A stretch of DNA of 64,000 nt from an uncultured Elusimicrobia bacterium (GCA_963702895.1 OY969767.1:832001-896000); one strand, 5' to 3'; counted from the stretch's first letter, positions 54,610 to 64,000 are shown. Program-made: numbers and translations. The notes: generated by a model not told the origin, from the sequence alone.

Positions 54610-55077
54610 GCGGAATGCAGAAAGCGTTTTGGGTCAATCGGCGAATCGGAAATATTAAAAATATCTCATGCCTTCATTTTGCAAAGGGATCTTCGATGTA
54701 TGGTCCTGGATGCTGCGCGTCAACGATTCCTTAGTGACTCTCGTTCTGTAAAGGGATCGTCCTCGAATCGACATGATGATTCTCTGGAGCATCGTTGCCG
54801 TGACGTTGATTCTTCTCGGACTCGCAGGAACGCTTCCCGAAAGATTTTGCATTCCAGCTGACCCTCACCGAAGCCTCTCGTTTGGTATCACAATGTGTGA
54901 TACCTTCTAAGCGGCAACCGGGAGGGTCACTTCCTGATGAGTTCACGGGAAGTGGATCTCAGCTGTCCCTGTCCAAACCGCGTTCCAGATAGATATTCTT
55001 GCTTTCTCCTGATGAGCGAAGTACGATTCCGCCTGTCTCACCCGTCGTCATCTTGACTCAACATCAAGGAGGCTCCT

Positions 55078-56262
55078 TTGAACGACACCTTCGCTCCAGC
55101 CGCCGTACAGATCATCCCGGTTCATCAGCTAAAACCCAATCCCTGGAACCGGACTGTCTTTGACCCTGTCGCCATGGAGGAACTGGTCGCGAGCATCAAG
55201 GCGGAGGGGATCGAGGAACCCTTGATCGTTCGGCCTTCAGGGGAGGGTCGTTTTGAGATCGCCTCCGGCAACCGGCGGTGGCTCGCTGCCCAGAAAGCGG
55301 GACTCAAGGAGGTTCCCTGTATTGTCCGTGAGCTGCCGGACAAGGAAGTCGCGGAGATGAACATCACGGTGAACGTCCAGCGGGAAAACCTGCCGCCCCT
55401 GGAGCTTGCCCGGATGGTCAAAGCCTATATGGACCAGTTCAAAACCACCCAGCAGGAAGCGGCCACAGAGTTTGGAAAGTCGCAAGCGTGGGTATCGGGT
55501 CTTCTGGGATTCCTTAAAATGCCGGATCAGGTTCAGAAGAATATCAGGGCCCTGATAATTGGCTGGGACCCCCTTACAGCTCTGTCTAAGGCTCCTGCAG
55601 AGGTGCAACTGGAGGTGTCACGGGAGCTCAAGGAGAAGAAGCTCAAGCCCACCGATATCGAGAAAAGGTGTGCTTTCCTGTCCAAGGGGAAAGGGAACGG
55701 CAAGGTTCGGCTGGGGATTCAAGCGGGGCCGAAGGATCCGTTGGCCGGTCTCTGGGAAGAGGTATTGAGAAAAGACGACTTTGCCCCGGATGTGGCCTGG
55801 CATGTGGACTATAAACCGGAGGAGCTTCCGGCAGGCGCGCCCGGCCGCCATGCGAATCGAGACACCGCGGGAACGGAAGGCTGGTATTTCTTTGTGAAGC
55901 CTTTCTCGCCGGACCATGCCAGGGAGGACCTCGCGGTCTGGTTTGAGCAGATGGCCAAACACCTGAAGGGAAAGAAAACGGATTCCGTGATCCCGGAGCT
56001 TGCCAAGGAAGAGCTTGCTGTCCGAGACCAGGTGATGGGGTTGGCGGGCAAGCCCAGAATCCCAAGAACCCCAGAAGAGGAGAAAGAGTTGCTGGCGATC
56101 GCGCTGCGCGGCACTCCCAAAGACGTGTATGCCTGGATCTACGGCCCGGACAGTTTCATGACGAAGGTCGTGCCGTTTGCGACCTGGGAACAATCCGGAC
56201 AGACGCCGCAAGAAGGACTCAAGGCTATTCTGGCCGGCATCCGTCAATGTGATCCGCGGTGA
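55078..56262 (+). CDS. Orphan ParB/Spo0J-family protein 2 with C-terminal extension
   Basis: PNPWN.., GIEEPLIVR, FEIASGNRRWLA, VNVQRENL, HTH TQQEAATEFGKSQAWVS; TTG start after AAGGAGG. Confidence 0.86.
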   Translation: MNDTFAPAAVQIIPVHQLKPNPWNRTVFDPVAMEELVASIKAEGIEEPLIVRPSGEGRFEIASGNRRWLAAQKAGLKEVPCIVRELPDKEVAEMNITVNVQRENLPPLELARMVKAYMDQFKTTQQEAATEFGKSQAWVSGLLGFLKMPDQVQKNIRALIIGWDPLTALSKAPAEVQLEVSRELKEKKLKPTDIEKRCAFLSKGKGNGKVRLGIQAGPKDPLAGLWEEVLRKDDFAPDVAWHVDYKPEELPAGAPGRHANRDTAGTEGWYFFVKPFSPDHAREDLAVWFEQMAKHLKGKKTDSVIPELAKEELAVRDQVMGLAGKPRIPRTPEEEKELLAIALRGTPKDVYAWIYGPDSFMTKVVPFATWEQSGQTPQEGLKAILAGIRQCDPR

Positions 56263-56271
56263 GGAGCTAGC

Positions 56272-56931
56272 ATGACCCCGCTGCGAAGAATCAACAGGTT
56301 TGTTCTTCGTGCCACGTCTCTAGGCGTCCGAGTATGGGATTGGATTGCATCCGCGAGAGCTCTGCCCTCCGTGAAAAAGTGGTTGCGTTGGAGTCTTCTG
56401 TTGCCGGCCGTGTTTTCATTCGCGGCGCCCAGTCCGGACTATCGGTTGGAAAAGGGTCGTGTAGGAAGGTTGTCGAAAGGGATGTCCGTGGCAGAAGTGC
56501 ATCAAGTCTATCCGCTCTCGCAAACGACCGCCCTGGATCTTCAGTGGGAGGGCGAACCGACGCCTGTCTTAGAGATTTATACGGATCAGACAAAAAAGTT
56601 CTTCATCATGCGCCTGCACCTGGATCAGCCGGGTGGTGCGATCCAAAGCTTTTGGGTGATGGATTCAAGATTTAAAACGAAAGAGGGCCTTGGTCCTCGT
56701 TCTTCGGTCGGGGCTCTGCGCCGGGCGTATAAAGGCCTTAGCGTTTTGGCTACCGAATGGGAAATGCAGGAACAACTTCAAGTGGAAGTGCCGCCGCTTG
56801 GAATGCTTTTTGAACTCGATGCGGATACGGAACTCTATCGGCGCGTCAAAGCCATCGGAAATAAATCCTTGGACCAGAACCCGCCCCTTTTGCCGGATCA
56901 AACCGAGATCGTCGCGGTAAGAATCTATTAA
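56272..56931 (+). CDS. Hypothetical, probably exported protein
   Basis: RBS GAGGAG; hydrophobic segment; FKTKEGLG..SSV..L...Y pattern. Confidence 0.6.
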   Translation: MTPLRRINRFVLRATSLGVRVWDWIASARALPSVKKWLRWSLLLPAVFSFAAPSPDYRLEKGRVGRLSKGMSVAEVHQVYPLSQTTALDLQWEGEPTPVLEIYTDQTKKFFIMRLHLDQPGGAIQSFWVMDSRFKTKEGLGPRSSVGALRRAYKGLSVLATEWEMQEQLQVEVPPLGMLFELDADTELYRRVKAIGNKSLDQNPPLLPDQTEIVAVRIY

Positions 56932-56979
56932 CGTACATCTTGGGGTCAGGCCCTGAGACTGTCCCTGGGGCGGAGGTTT

Positions 56980-57984
56980 TCAGATTTCGTCCAGGAGTTG
57001 GGCGATTCGGGACGGGTCGGGCATTTTCCCTTCCAGGGAGGCGGGCAGCCGCGTGACAATACGGTAGGCCGCCACGCCGATGGCTTTGTGTGACTCCTTG
57101 AGAGCGAATTCGACAATCGTTTTGTTCTTCGTCTTGCAGAGGATGATTCCTATCGGCGGGTTTTCACCCTCGAGCCGCATCCGCTCGTCCAGCACCGCCA
57201 GGTAGAACTGCATCTTCCCCACATGTTCCGGCACAAATTTTCCCACCTTCAATTCCATCGCAACGAGCGTTCTGAGCGAGCGGTGATAGAGCAATAGATC
57301 GAGAAAGAACTCCTCTCCTTCGACTTCAAGCCGCACCTGCCTCCCGACAAACGCGAACATACCGCCCATTTCCCGGAGGAACTTTTCCACCTTCCGGAGA
57401 ATGGCTTCCTCCAGCTCTTTTTCGCTGTGCTCCTCGCCCAGCTCAAGGAAATCGAAGAGGTAGTCGTCCTTGACGGCGAGCTTGGCTTTGTTTTTTACCT
57501 TTTCCGGAAGCGCTTTATCGAAATTCGTCTGGCTGAGAAGGGTTTTCTCATAGGATTTATTTTCGATCTGATGCGTTAGGACGTTTTTGGACCAGCCGTA
57601 TTTCCGAGCCGACCGGACATAAAACTCACGCTCCTGGATGTCGCTGCAACGAGTCAGGATAATCAGATTGTGCGTCCACGCGATTTCTGCAACCAGTGGT
57701 TGCAGTTTTGCGTTGCCGGAGTAGGTAGTGTAAAACTCTCTCATGTACCATATGTTCCGAGCGGAGAATCCTTGTGTCCCGGGAAATTCTTCTCTTAAGT
57801 CAGCCGCCAGGCGCTCCACGACTGACTTTCCCCAGGAATGCTCTCTTTGCCTACAAGCAATTATCCGCCCGATATCCCAATAGAGTCCGACGAGTTCCCG
57901 GTTCACCGCCCGGAGGGCCGCGTACTGCGCCGACCGGATGCGTTCTTTGATTTCGCCCAGCAATTGACCGTAAGGAATAGCCAT
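56980..57984 (-). CDS. YhcG/DUF1016 PD-(D/E)XK nuclease-domain protein
   Basis: LYWDIG, GFSARN..YMR.F, KDDYLFDFL, DLLLYH, ELKVG, IGIILC. Confidence 0.92.
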   Translation of the reverse strand: MAIPYGQLLGEIKERIRSAQYAALRAVNRELVGLYWDIGRIIACRQREHSWGKSVVERLAADLREEFPGTQGFSARNIWYMREFYTTYSGNAKLQPLVAEIAWTHNLIILTRCSDIQEREFYVRSARKYGWSKNVLTHQIENKSYEKTLLSQTNFDKALPEKVKNKAKLAVKDDYLFDFLELGEEHSEKELEEAILRKVEKFLREMGGMFAFVGRQVRLEVEGEEFFLDLLLYHRSLRTLVAMELKVGKFVPEHVGKMQFYLAVLDERMRLEGENPPIGIILCKTKNKTIVEFALKESHKAIGVAAYRIVTRLPASLEGKMPDPSRIAQLLDEI

Positions 57985-57990
57985 CCATAT

Positions 57991-58206
57991 CCTCCTATCC
58001 GTTAGATGCGAAAAGGCTGAGAATATTCATTCCTCAGACGGAGACGGCGGAATGGACGGACGGGGGGGGCGGACGCGGAGACGCCCCGCCACTACGACTT
58101 GGCGGGTCCGCCAACGCCTCAGTGGCGGAGGGGACGCGGGGACGGGGCGAAACGGCGAGTCGCCGAAGCGGCGGATCGGCGAACAGGCGGATCGCCGTGT
58201 CGGCGA
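57991..58206 (-). repeat. Repeated leader element, copy A (upstream of DUF1016)
   Basis: 57991-58063 matches 59110-59182 at 65/73; shared CCCGCCACTACG..TGGCGGG hairpin. Confidence 0.8.
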
Positions 58207-58219
58207 CAGGGCAAGGAAT

Positions 58220-58519
58220 TTAGTTTGAGTTAAAGTTGAACAGTTCGCGGACGATGGCGACGCTGATTTTGGCGGCGCTTGAGTTGCGGAGTACGCTGGA
58301 TACCAACAGGATCCCGTTTTCGGTGAAGTAGTACGGGTTGTGCTCTTCCAGCATGAATTCAGGGGAGGGGAGCCGCGCGATATGGCGCTTGATGGCACCT
58401 CTCAGTCGCCCCAGCGAAACTCCGTAGAGCTCCGCCACATCCTTATCGAGCGCAACTTCTTGCCCGCTTACAAAGTGACTCCGTTGCCTCAGCCGATCGA
58501 GTAACACGTGCGGGTTCAT
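58220..58519 (-). CDS. ORF6N (KilA-N-like) domain protein, short
   Basis: GQEVALDKDVAELYGV, FML, PYYFTENGILLVSSVLRN. Confidence 0.8.
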   Translation of the reverse strand: MNPHVLLDRLRQRSHFVSGQEVALDKDVAELYGVSLGRLRGAIKRHIARLPSPEFMLEEHNPYYFTENGILLVSSVLRNSSAAKISVAIVRELFNFNSN

Positions 58520-58521
58520 GG

Positions 58522-58776
58522 TCAGGCGGCGTGGTGGTGAAGAATTTCGGAGATGAAGGTCTGATAGGGAATACCGAAACTCTTTGCTTTTGCTTTGAGG
58601 TTGTTGAGATCGCCTTTATTAATCCGGATATTGAGCACGGCATCTTTTTTCCGCTTTGAAATATGCTCGGCAATGGCCCTGGCCATTTCTTCGAACATCC
58701 CCCGGCTGACAGGAACGAATGCTGAAGCGGCCCTCTCAATCTCTCTTTCTTCCTTGGTAAGCTTCATCCGTTTCAT
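58522..58776 (-). CDS. BrnA/CopG-like antitoxin
   Basis: KDAVLNIRIN..DL..LK.KA...GIPYQT; ATGA overlap with the toxin. Confidence 0.85.
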   Translation of the reverse strand: MKRMKLTKEEREIERAASAFVPVSRGMFEEMARAIAEHISKRKKDAVLNIRINKGDLNNLKAKAKSFGIPYQTFISEILHHHAA

Positions 58777-59036
58777 AGGAGGAGTCCCTTTCTGCGGTAG
58801 ATGGCTGTAAACTTGCGGCTTCTGTAAGCCGTCTTCAAAAACCATTCGGCTTCGGTCTCTACATACGGCACGGCCCACAGATAATGCTCATACGCGAACA
58901 GCAAAAGTCTCTGATGGGGCCGGCTTGGATGTTGGAGCAGATCGACCATAGGAGCGAGGGTCAGCTCCTCAAAGGACACCCCTCTTTCCCGCTTCAGCCA
59001 GTCGTTTTTGTCCGCGCTCCACCGCAGCGGCTTCAT
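58773..59036 (-). CDS. BrnT-family toxin
   Basis: W...KN.WLK.ERGVSFEE, VPYV, FLKTAY.SRK. Confidence 0.87.
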   Translation of the reverse strand: MKPLRWSADKNDWLKRERGVSFEELTLAPMVDLLQHPSRPHQRLLLFAYEHYLWAVPYVETEAEWFLKTAYRSRKFTAIYRRKGLLL

Positions 59037-59049
59037 CGACGGGCCTGAT

Positions 59050-59077
59050 CAGTATACTGTAGGACAAGTGTATACAC
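59050..59077. promoter_or_regulatory. Candidate TA operator/promoter
   Basis: Palindromes CAGTATACTG and GTGTATACAC; TATACT -10-like element on the minus strand. Confidence 0.55.
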
Positions 59078-59109
59078 AAGTGAATAGAAACTGCGGTTCA
59101 TCGCCTTTG

Positions 59110-59318
59110 CCTCCTATCCCTTAGATGGGAAACTGCTGGAAATATTCATTCCTCAGAGGGATACGGCGGAATGGACGGACGGCGGATCACAGGAACCAAG
59201 CGGCGGATCTTTGGGACCGTGAGGCGGAGCTTTGGGACCATGGGGCGGAGACGACGTCAGGCGGAGACCCGCCACTACGGCATGGCGGGCAGGCGCGGCG
59301 AACAGCAGCGGTGTCTGA
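59110..59318 (-). repeat. Repeated leader element, copy B (upstream of the TA pair)
   Basis: See copy A. Confidence 0.8.
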
Positions 59319-59499
59319 CCCAAAGCTGCACTTCCATGCCTTGGGATCATCCACCCGCAGAAGCGTCCGGTACTGCGTTCAGCTCAATTCGTGACGCAGT
59401 GTGTCACACTTTGGGAAGGCCTGATGTAATGAGGTGCCTTCATGAGGTGCCTATCACAAGGCGCGAACCTGATGCGCCTTTGTGAGAGGCACGGTCAGG

Positions 59500-59778
59500 T
59501 CAAAACCCCGGATGATACAAGCGATAACCAGGATTGGTGGCCAGAAGATAGACGCTTGCGGCCATGAAGAAGAAGACGAAAGTCAGAAACAGCGCGACAC
59601 TCAACACATCACCGCCTCCACGCCCGAGTCGTTTCTTTAATATCGCGTAGATCAATCCCAAAATGAGCGCAACGATGAGGGTGCTCATCATGGTGTGATG
59701 TTGAAAGAGTCTCCCGAGCCATGCGAGCGCATCGCCCGGCAAATAATGAGGGTGAAGGATGACCTTTCGCTCCATCAT
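59500..59778 (-). CDS. Small hypothetical membrane protein
   Basis: Two hydrophobic helices. Confidence 0.55.
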   Translation of the reverse strand: MMERKVILHPHYLPGDALAWLGRLFQHHTMMSTLIVALILGLIYAILKKRLGRGGGDVLSVALFLTFVFFFMAASVYLLATNPGYRLYHPGF

Positions 59779-59951
59779 TCAATGTCTATTGTGACATTTA
59801 TGTCGAGACCGCAGACCACTGGTTTGTGTCAATGAATCGATGAGAGACGATGAGTCTCTGTCATAGGGGAAGAGCGTGGGGTATCGGTTGTGCCGGAGCG
59901 ATGATGCGCCGTTGTGACAGGCACGGACAGGCCATTCCATTGTGTCCAGAT

Positions 59952-60118
59952 TAGCCGGGAAACTGCAGTTGCTGTCACCCCGGCACGTCGTAAGCCGGGG
60001 TCTATCACCGTCGACAAAAAACTCATGGATCCCCCACTTACAACCGTGGGGGATGACGGCACTAAAAAGTCCCGACGTCTCAGTCGATAAAGAACGTTCA
60101 ACAGAACTTCTCCGGTTA
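59952..60118 (+). mobile_element. MITE-like element, copy 3
   Basis: TAGCCGGGAAACTGCAG...TTCTCCGGTTA; highly similar to 46139-46306. Confidence 0.8.
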
Positions 60119-60155
60119 GTATCTAACACCAATCGACTTTTATCATAATGCCGTT

Positions 60156-60767
60156 ATGAAGCAATTGCTCCGTTTCATTCTCATCGGCATCCTGACCATG
60201 TTTGCGATGGAGTTTCAGATCAACGTCCTGGGACATGGCAGGCTTGATCATTTTGCAATGGCTGTTGGGTTCTATGTTTTCTTGCTCACTTTATTCTTTT
60301 TCATTGGACAATCACTTGACCGGAAAATCTCTCCGAAACATGTTGACGTCATCTATTCCTTGATTGGTGGGTTGTTCGGCCTGCTCGTGGTCGAGTGGCT
60401 CTTTATGAGAAATTACCCTGGCTCAGGCAAGGGCGCCATCCAGACCGCGATGTTCGCCCTGTGGGCAGCGGTCTTCACGCTGCCTCGGTTGTTTGCGATC
60501 AAGAGCGATTCAGAAATCCGGCCTCTCCGGATGCGGACGCTCGCCACGGTGCTCGTCTACTCCGTCCTTGCAACTGCCGCCGTGTTCATCACGCCACAGG
60601 CTTTGAAGCTTCCCGTGCAAGCCATCCTGATGTCGGCCTACGGCCTGATCCTGAATTTCATGCTGGTGCCGTTCCTTTGCAGGAATGGATTTTCCAAAAA
60701 CAGACTCTACGCCTTCGTTTCAATTCTTGCGTTCGCTGGAGCGGCGAACGTCCTATTCTTTTGGTGA
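60156..60767 (+). CDS. Hypothetical multi-pass membrane protein
   Basis: About seven TM segments; CATAAT 6 nt before ATG. Confidence 0.7.
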   Translation: MKQLLRFILIGILTMFAMEFQINVLGHGRLDHFAMAVGFYVFLLTLFFFIGQSLDRKISPKHVDVIYSLIGGLFGLLVVEWLFMRNYPGSGKGAIQTAMFALWAAVFTLPRLFAIKSDSEIRPLRMRTLATVLVYSVLATAAVFITPQALKLPVQAILMSAYGLILNFMLVPFLCRNGFSKNRLYAFVSILAFAGAANVLFFW

Positions 60768-60982
60768 CTCTCGCGGACCCTCCCCGGCGAAAGTGCCTGG
60801 CACTTTCGGGCGAAAGGTTCGTCCAGGCAGCAAAGTTCTCACGCCATCGTGGGCCGATGAATTGATCGATGGGCTTCGGGCTGTCTATGGGAAACGTTCG
60901 GTCTTGAAGCCGTCCTCCAACCCAGCCGCCATAGGATCGCTTGAAATTCTAGGCTGAGCCGGCGGTCCTGCCATGGATCACG

Positions 60983-61444
60983 TCAGTTAGGGTGATCTGT
61001 TCGACTGGCGATCGGTTCTTTGTGCCAGGCCATCACTTTGTCTTTCGCATGAGGAGCTTGCGCGGCTTGCGGGGGGGTAGCGCTCTGAACATGAGAGGGA
61101 CTCGAACGTAACAAGACCCACGAGGCCGCACCGGCCGCCAACACAAAGGCGGGCGCCCACCAGCGACGAAAGACCGATGTTTTAAACGGCGACGTCCCTG
61201 CCCACCAACTTCTCCAATCGACTTTTCTGCGGAAGGTTTCCGATTCAATGCGAGCCCGGAGCTCTGCGGGCATGCCCGGCATCGGGCAAGACCGCATTTC
61301 TTTCTTCAAGGAGATGAGGTCCTCGAGTTCCTCCTGGCAAGAAGCGCAGGTTTGCAAGTGAAGGGCGACCCGGTCTTTTTCCCAAACAAGCAGCTGCCTG
61401 TCGAGATACGCCGAAAGGGCTTTTTGTGTGGTTGCACAGTTCAT
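60983..61444 (-). CDS. Membrane-anchored zinc anti-sigma factor (zf-HC2)
   Basis: MNC...LSAYLD, HLQTCASC, one TM helix. Confidence 0.85.
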   Translation of the reverse strand: MNCATTQKALSAYLDRQLLVWEKDRVALHLQTCASCQEELEDLISLKKEMRSCPMPGMPAELRARIESETFRRKVDWRSWWAGTSPFKTSVFRRWWAPAFVLAAGAASWVLLRSSPSHVQSATPPQAAQAPHAKDKVMAWHKEPIASRTDHPN

Positions 61445-61983
61445 GCGATGGCCTCCTCTCGCGCCGCCGGCTGAAGCCATTCGCGAAGTCTCTGCCGGCC
61501 GCGGTGGATGCGCGACCGGACGGTGCCGATCGGACAATCCAGGACGCGCGCGATGTCTTCATAGCGCAAGCCCTCGATGTCGCAAAGCATCACCGGCGTC
61601 CGGAACTCCTCATCGAGCTGCGCCAGCGCCGCGCGGACTTGGGACTGTCTGTCCTTCTGCTCCAGAAGTTCGAGTGGCGTGCTCCCCCGGTCCGGGATCC
61701 TGTCTTCCAGGGCGAATTCAAAACCACCTGTGTCCTGGAGCGAAAAGGCCGGGCGGCGCTGCCGGTACCGGGCCGCGTCAATATAGAGGTTGCGCATGAC
61801 CTTGTACATCCAGCCCTTCATGGAGACGGGCCTGGGCTCGTCCCAGCGACGCCAGACCTTCAGGAACAGCTCTTGGACGAGGTCTCCCGCCTCGGCGTCA
61901 CGGCCGCCGGTGAGCTGCAGGGCCATGCGATACGCCATGTCCCCATAGGCTTTCATCACGTGCGCAAATTCGTCGTATTTCAT
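61441..61983 (-). CDS. ECF RNA polymerase sigma factor (SigE-like)
   Basis: AGDLVQE.F, WMYKVMRN, LRYEDIA..L.CPIGTVRSRIHRGR. Confidence 0.9.
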   Translation of the reverse strand: MKYDEFAHVMKAYGDMAYRMALQLTGGRDAEAGDLVQELFLKVWRRWDEPRPVSMKGWMYKVMRNLYIDAARYRQRRPAFSLQDTGGFEFALEDRIPDRGSTPLELLEQKDRQSQVRAALAQLDEEFRTPVMLCDIEGLRYEDIARVLDCPIGTVRSRIHRGRQRLREWLQPAAREEAIA

Positions 61984-61993
61984 CGCTATCCCA

Positions 61994-62021
61994 TAGACGT
62001 GCCGGGAGGCCATTTCGTTCC
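61994..62021 (-). promoter_or_regulatory. ECF autoregulatory promoter
   Basis: Minus strand GGAAC-N17-CGTCTA, 10 nt upstream of the sigma ATG. Confidence 0.65.
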
Positions 62022-62076
62022 CAAGCTTTGCTAAAATGACTCGTCATCGAAGGAAATCCTTCTTCTGCGAGGCTCT

Positions 62077-63654
62077 ATGACCAGTCCCATGCCGAAGCGC
62101 GTTCTGATCAGTGTGACCGACAAAGTCGGTATTGTGGATTTTGCCCACGAGCTTTCGACGCTCGGTTTTGAAATCATTTCGACGGGGGGGACCGCCAAAG
62201 CCCTGCGCCAGGCGGAAATCAAAGTCCGGGAGGTCTCCGACCTCACCGGGTACCCTGAAATCCTCGATGGCCGCGTGAAGACCCTGCACCCCAAAGTCTT
62301 CGGGGCGCTGCTCGCCATCCGGGACAATGAGCGCCACCAGAAAGAGATGGCGGACCATGACATCGAGCCCATCGATCTGGTGGTGGTCAACCTCTACCCC
62401 TTTGAGCAGGTGGTCACCCAGGAGCGCTTGAGCGAAAAAGATCTGATCGAATATATCGATATCGGGGGCGTCACGCTACTACGCGCGGCGGGAAAAAACT
62501 TTCATGATGTCGCCATCGTCTGCGACCCGCAAGACTATGCCTCCGTCGTCGAAGAACTCCAATCACACAAGCGTTTAACGCTCGACACGAAACGCCGCCT
62601 GGCGGGCAAGGCGTTCGCGCATACCGCCCGCTACGACGCGGTGATCGCCTCCTACTTCCGGGAAAGAAGTAAAGAGAAGGACTTGTTCCCGCAAGAGATG
62701 ACCATCGGACTCAAGAAAGTCCAAGCCCTGCGCTACGGTGAAAATCCCCATCAAAAGGCGGCGCTCTATAAAGAAACGGGTGCCCGGTCTGTGGAGTGGG
62801 GGATCGTGACGGCCAAACAGCTTCAGGGCAAGGAACTGTCCTTTAACAATTACCTCGATCTTGAATCGTCATGGAACCTCGTGAGCGAATTCCGGCAGAC
62901 GGCGGTCGTGATTGTCAAACACAACACGCCTTCCGGCGTGGCTCTCAACGACAAGCTCGCCGACGCTTACAAAGCGGCGCTCGCCTGTGACCCGACCAGT
63001 GCGTTTGGCGGGATTGTCGCACTGAACAAGGAAGTGGACGGCGCAACCGCCGAAGAGATGTCCAAGATCTTTCTGGAATGCGTGATTGCGCCGGGCTTCA
63101 GCGCCGAGGCTCTTGAGATCTTCAAGAAAAAGGAAAATCTCCGGCTGCTTCATCTTCCCTCCGTGATCACCGCGGCCGCCCGAGAATTTGATGTGAAACG
63201 GGTCTCGGGTGGGCTTCTCGTGCAAGAGAAAGATATCGCGCAGCCGAGCGACTACAAGGTCGTGAGCAAGCGTGCGCCGACCCCTGAAGAAATGACCTCG
63301 CTGAAGTTCGCTTGGCCTGTCGCCAAACACGTGAAGTCAAACGCCATCGTGCTCGCGCGCGCTGTCCAGACGGTCGGGCTGGGCGCCGGCCAAATGTCGC
63401 GCATCGACTCCCTGAAACTCGCCTGGATGAAGCTCAATCAACAGCAGCCGCTCATCTTAGGCAACCAGAAGCCGCTCGTGATGGCCTCGGACGCCTTCTT
63501 CCCGTTTCGCGACTGTGTGGATGAGGCGGCCAAAATCGGCATCTCCGCGATCATTCACCCCGGCGGTTCCATCCGTGACGAAGACTCCATTCGCGCGGCC
63601 AACGAACACGGCATGGCCATGGTGCTCACTGGACTTCGGCACTTTCGGCACTAA
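62077..63654 (+). CDS. purH: AICAR transformylase / IMP cyclohydrolase
   Basis: [45 protein letters not shown]. Confidence 0.96.
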   Translation: MTSPMPKRVLISVTDKVGIVDFAHELSTLGFEIISTGGTAKALRQAEIKVREVSDLTGYPEILDGRVKTLHPKVFGALLAIRDNERHQKEMADHDIEPIDLVVVNLYPFEQVVTQERLSEKDLIEYIDIGGVTLLRAAGKNFHDVAIVCDPQDYASVVEELQSHKRLTLDTKRRLAGKAFAHTARYDAVIASYFRERSKEKDLFPQEMTIGLKKVQALRYGENPHQKAALYKETGARSVEWGIVTAKQLQGKELSFNNYLDLESSWNLVSEFRQTAVVIVKHNTPSGVALNDKLADAYKAALACDPTSAFGGIVALNKEVDGATAEEMSKIFLECVIAPGFSAEALEIFKKKENLRLLHLPSVITAAAREFDVKRVSGGLLVQEKDIAQPSDYKVVSKRAPTPEEMTSLKFAWPVAKHVKSNAIVLARAVQTVGLGAGQMSRIDSLKLAWMKLNQQQPLILGNQKPLVMASDAFFPFRDCVDEAAKIGISAIIHPGGSIRDEDSIRAANEHGMAMVLTGLRHFRH

Positions 63655-63754
63655 GATTTTAGATTTTGGATTTTGGATTTTCGATTCGGCACTGCGGTAT
63701 CGCAAGGACGGTCCGAAATCAAGAATCCAAAATCCAAAATCCAAAATCCAAAAT
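63655..63754. repeat. Inverted arrays of heptamer tandem repeats
   Basis: About four (GATTTTG)-type units facing about five (CAAAATC)-type units. Confidence 0.85.
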
Positions 63755-64000
63755 GAAAACCACAGTTGCCATCATTGGCGTCGGGCTCTTGGGCGGGTCA
63801 CTCGGCCAGGCCCTCCGTAAAACCGGTCGCTACAAAGTTCTGGGTATTGCGCGAAAAGCGTCCACCTTGCGCAAAGCCAAGCGCTTCGGAGCGCTCGATA
63901 CGGGCTCGCGAAACCTCGCTGACGTTTCCCAGGCGGACCTGGTCGTGGTCTGTACGCCCGTCGACGTGATCGTTCCCACCATTCGACGGATACGTCCCTA
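63753..64000 (+). CDS. tyrA: Prephenate dehydrogenase, 3'-truncated by window edge
   Basis: Own translation: MKTTVAIIGVGLLGGSLGQAL...ADLVVVCTPV. Confidence 0.85.
   Translation, partial: MKTTVAIIGVGLLGGSLGQALRKTGRYKVLGIARKASTLRKAKRFGALDTGSRNLADVSQADLVVVCTPVDVIVPTIRRIRP

Noticed and set aside
54773..54910. 45-aa hydrophobic ORF faintly like a DUF456 N-terminus
   Set aside because: Too short, no RBS, resemblance by eye only
54930..55030. Hammerhead ribozyme (CTGATGAG occurs twice)
   Set aside because: No correctly placed GAAA core or stems
57991..59318. CRISPR array or integron
   Set aside because: Only two long repeats separated by genes; no regular spacers, cas genes, integrase or attC consensus
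52300..61000. Prophage or integrative element
   Set aside because: No integrase, structural, replication or conjugation genes and no att duplication found

Overview
Bacterial chromosomal window, GC-rich and mostly housekeeping; gene content and order look Elusimicrobiota-like, which is an unverified impression. In order it holds: (1) a ~16 kb co-directional Fe-S/ThDP cluster (sufS 3' end, two 2-oxoacid:ferredoxin oxidoreductase alpha/beta pairs, IscA/ErpA, DUF2480-like, Mrp/ApbC, thiC, nadA, pepA, ilvB, trxB, CbiX-like, stand-alone NuoI, aldo/keto reductase); (2) an intact IS256-family element with an 8-bp target duplication in the 3' end of the reductase; (3) an orphan ParB-like gene, aminotransferase, NagX-like, MoeB-rhodanese, SigH/RshA-like pair, acyltransferase, PBP1B and a DUF922-TlpA fusion; (4) icd-ndk-rpmF-plsX-fabHDG-acpP-fabF-rnc followed by acyl-CoA dehydrogenase and EtfB/EtfA, the latter with a fused ferredoxin; (5) smc, WecB/TagA, rib operon, nusB, ligA; (6) an accessory region at 52.3-61 kb with SPFH/RHH, a second orphan ParB paralog, DUF1016, ORF6N and a BrnT/BrnA-like TA pair, with duplicated ~200-bp leader elements; (7) a second ECF/anti-sigma pair, purH and the start of tyrA. 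The most notable observations are two ParA-less ParB paralogs sharing an unrecognised C-terminal domain, a TA-flanked MITE-like family in three copies, a repeated-leader cassette arrangement, a shortened SMC hinge, and recurrent leaderless-type promoters. No rRNA, tRNA or CRISPR array was recognised. All family calls come from reading motifs by eye, with no database search.
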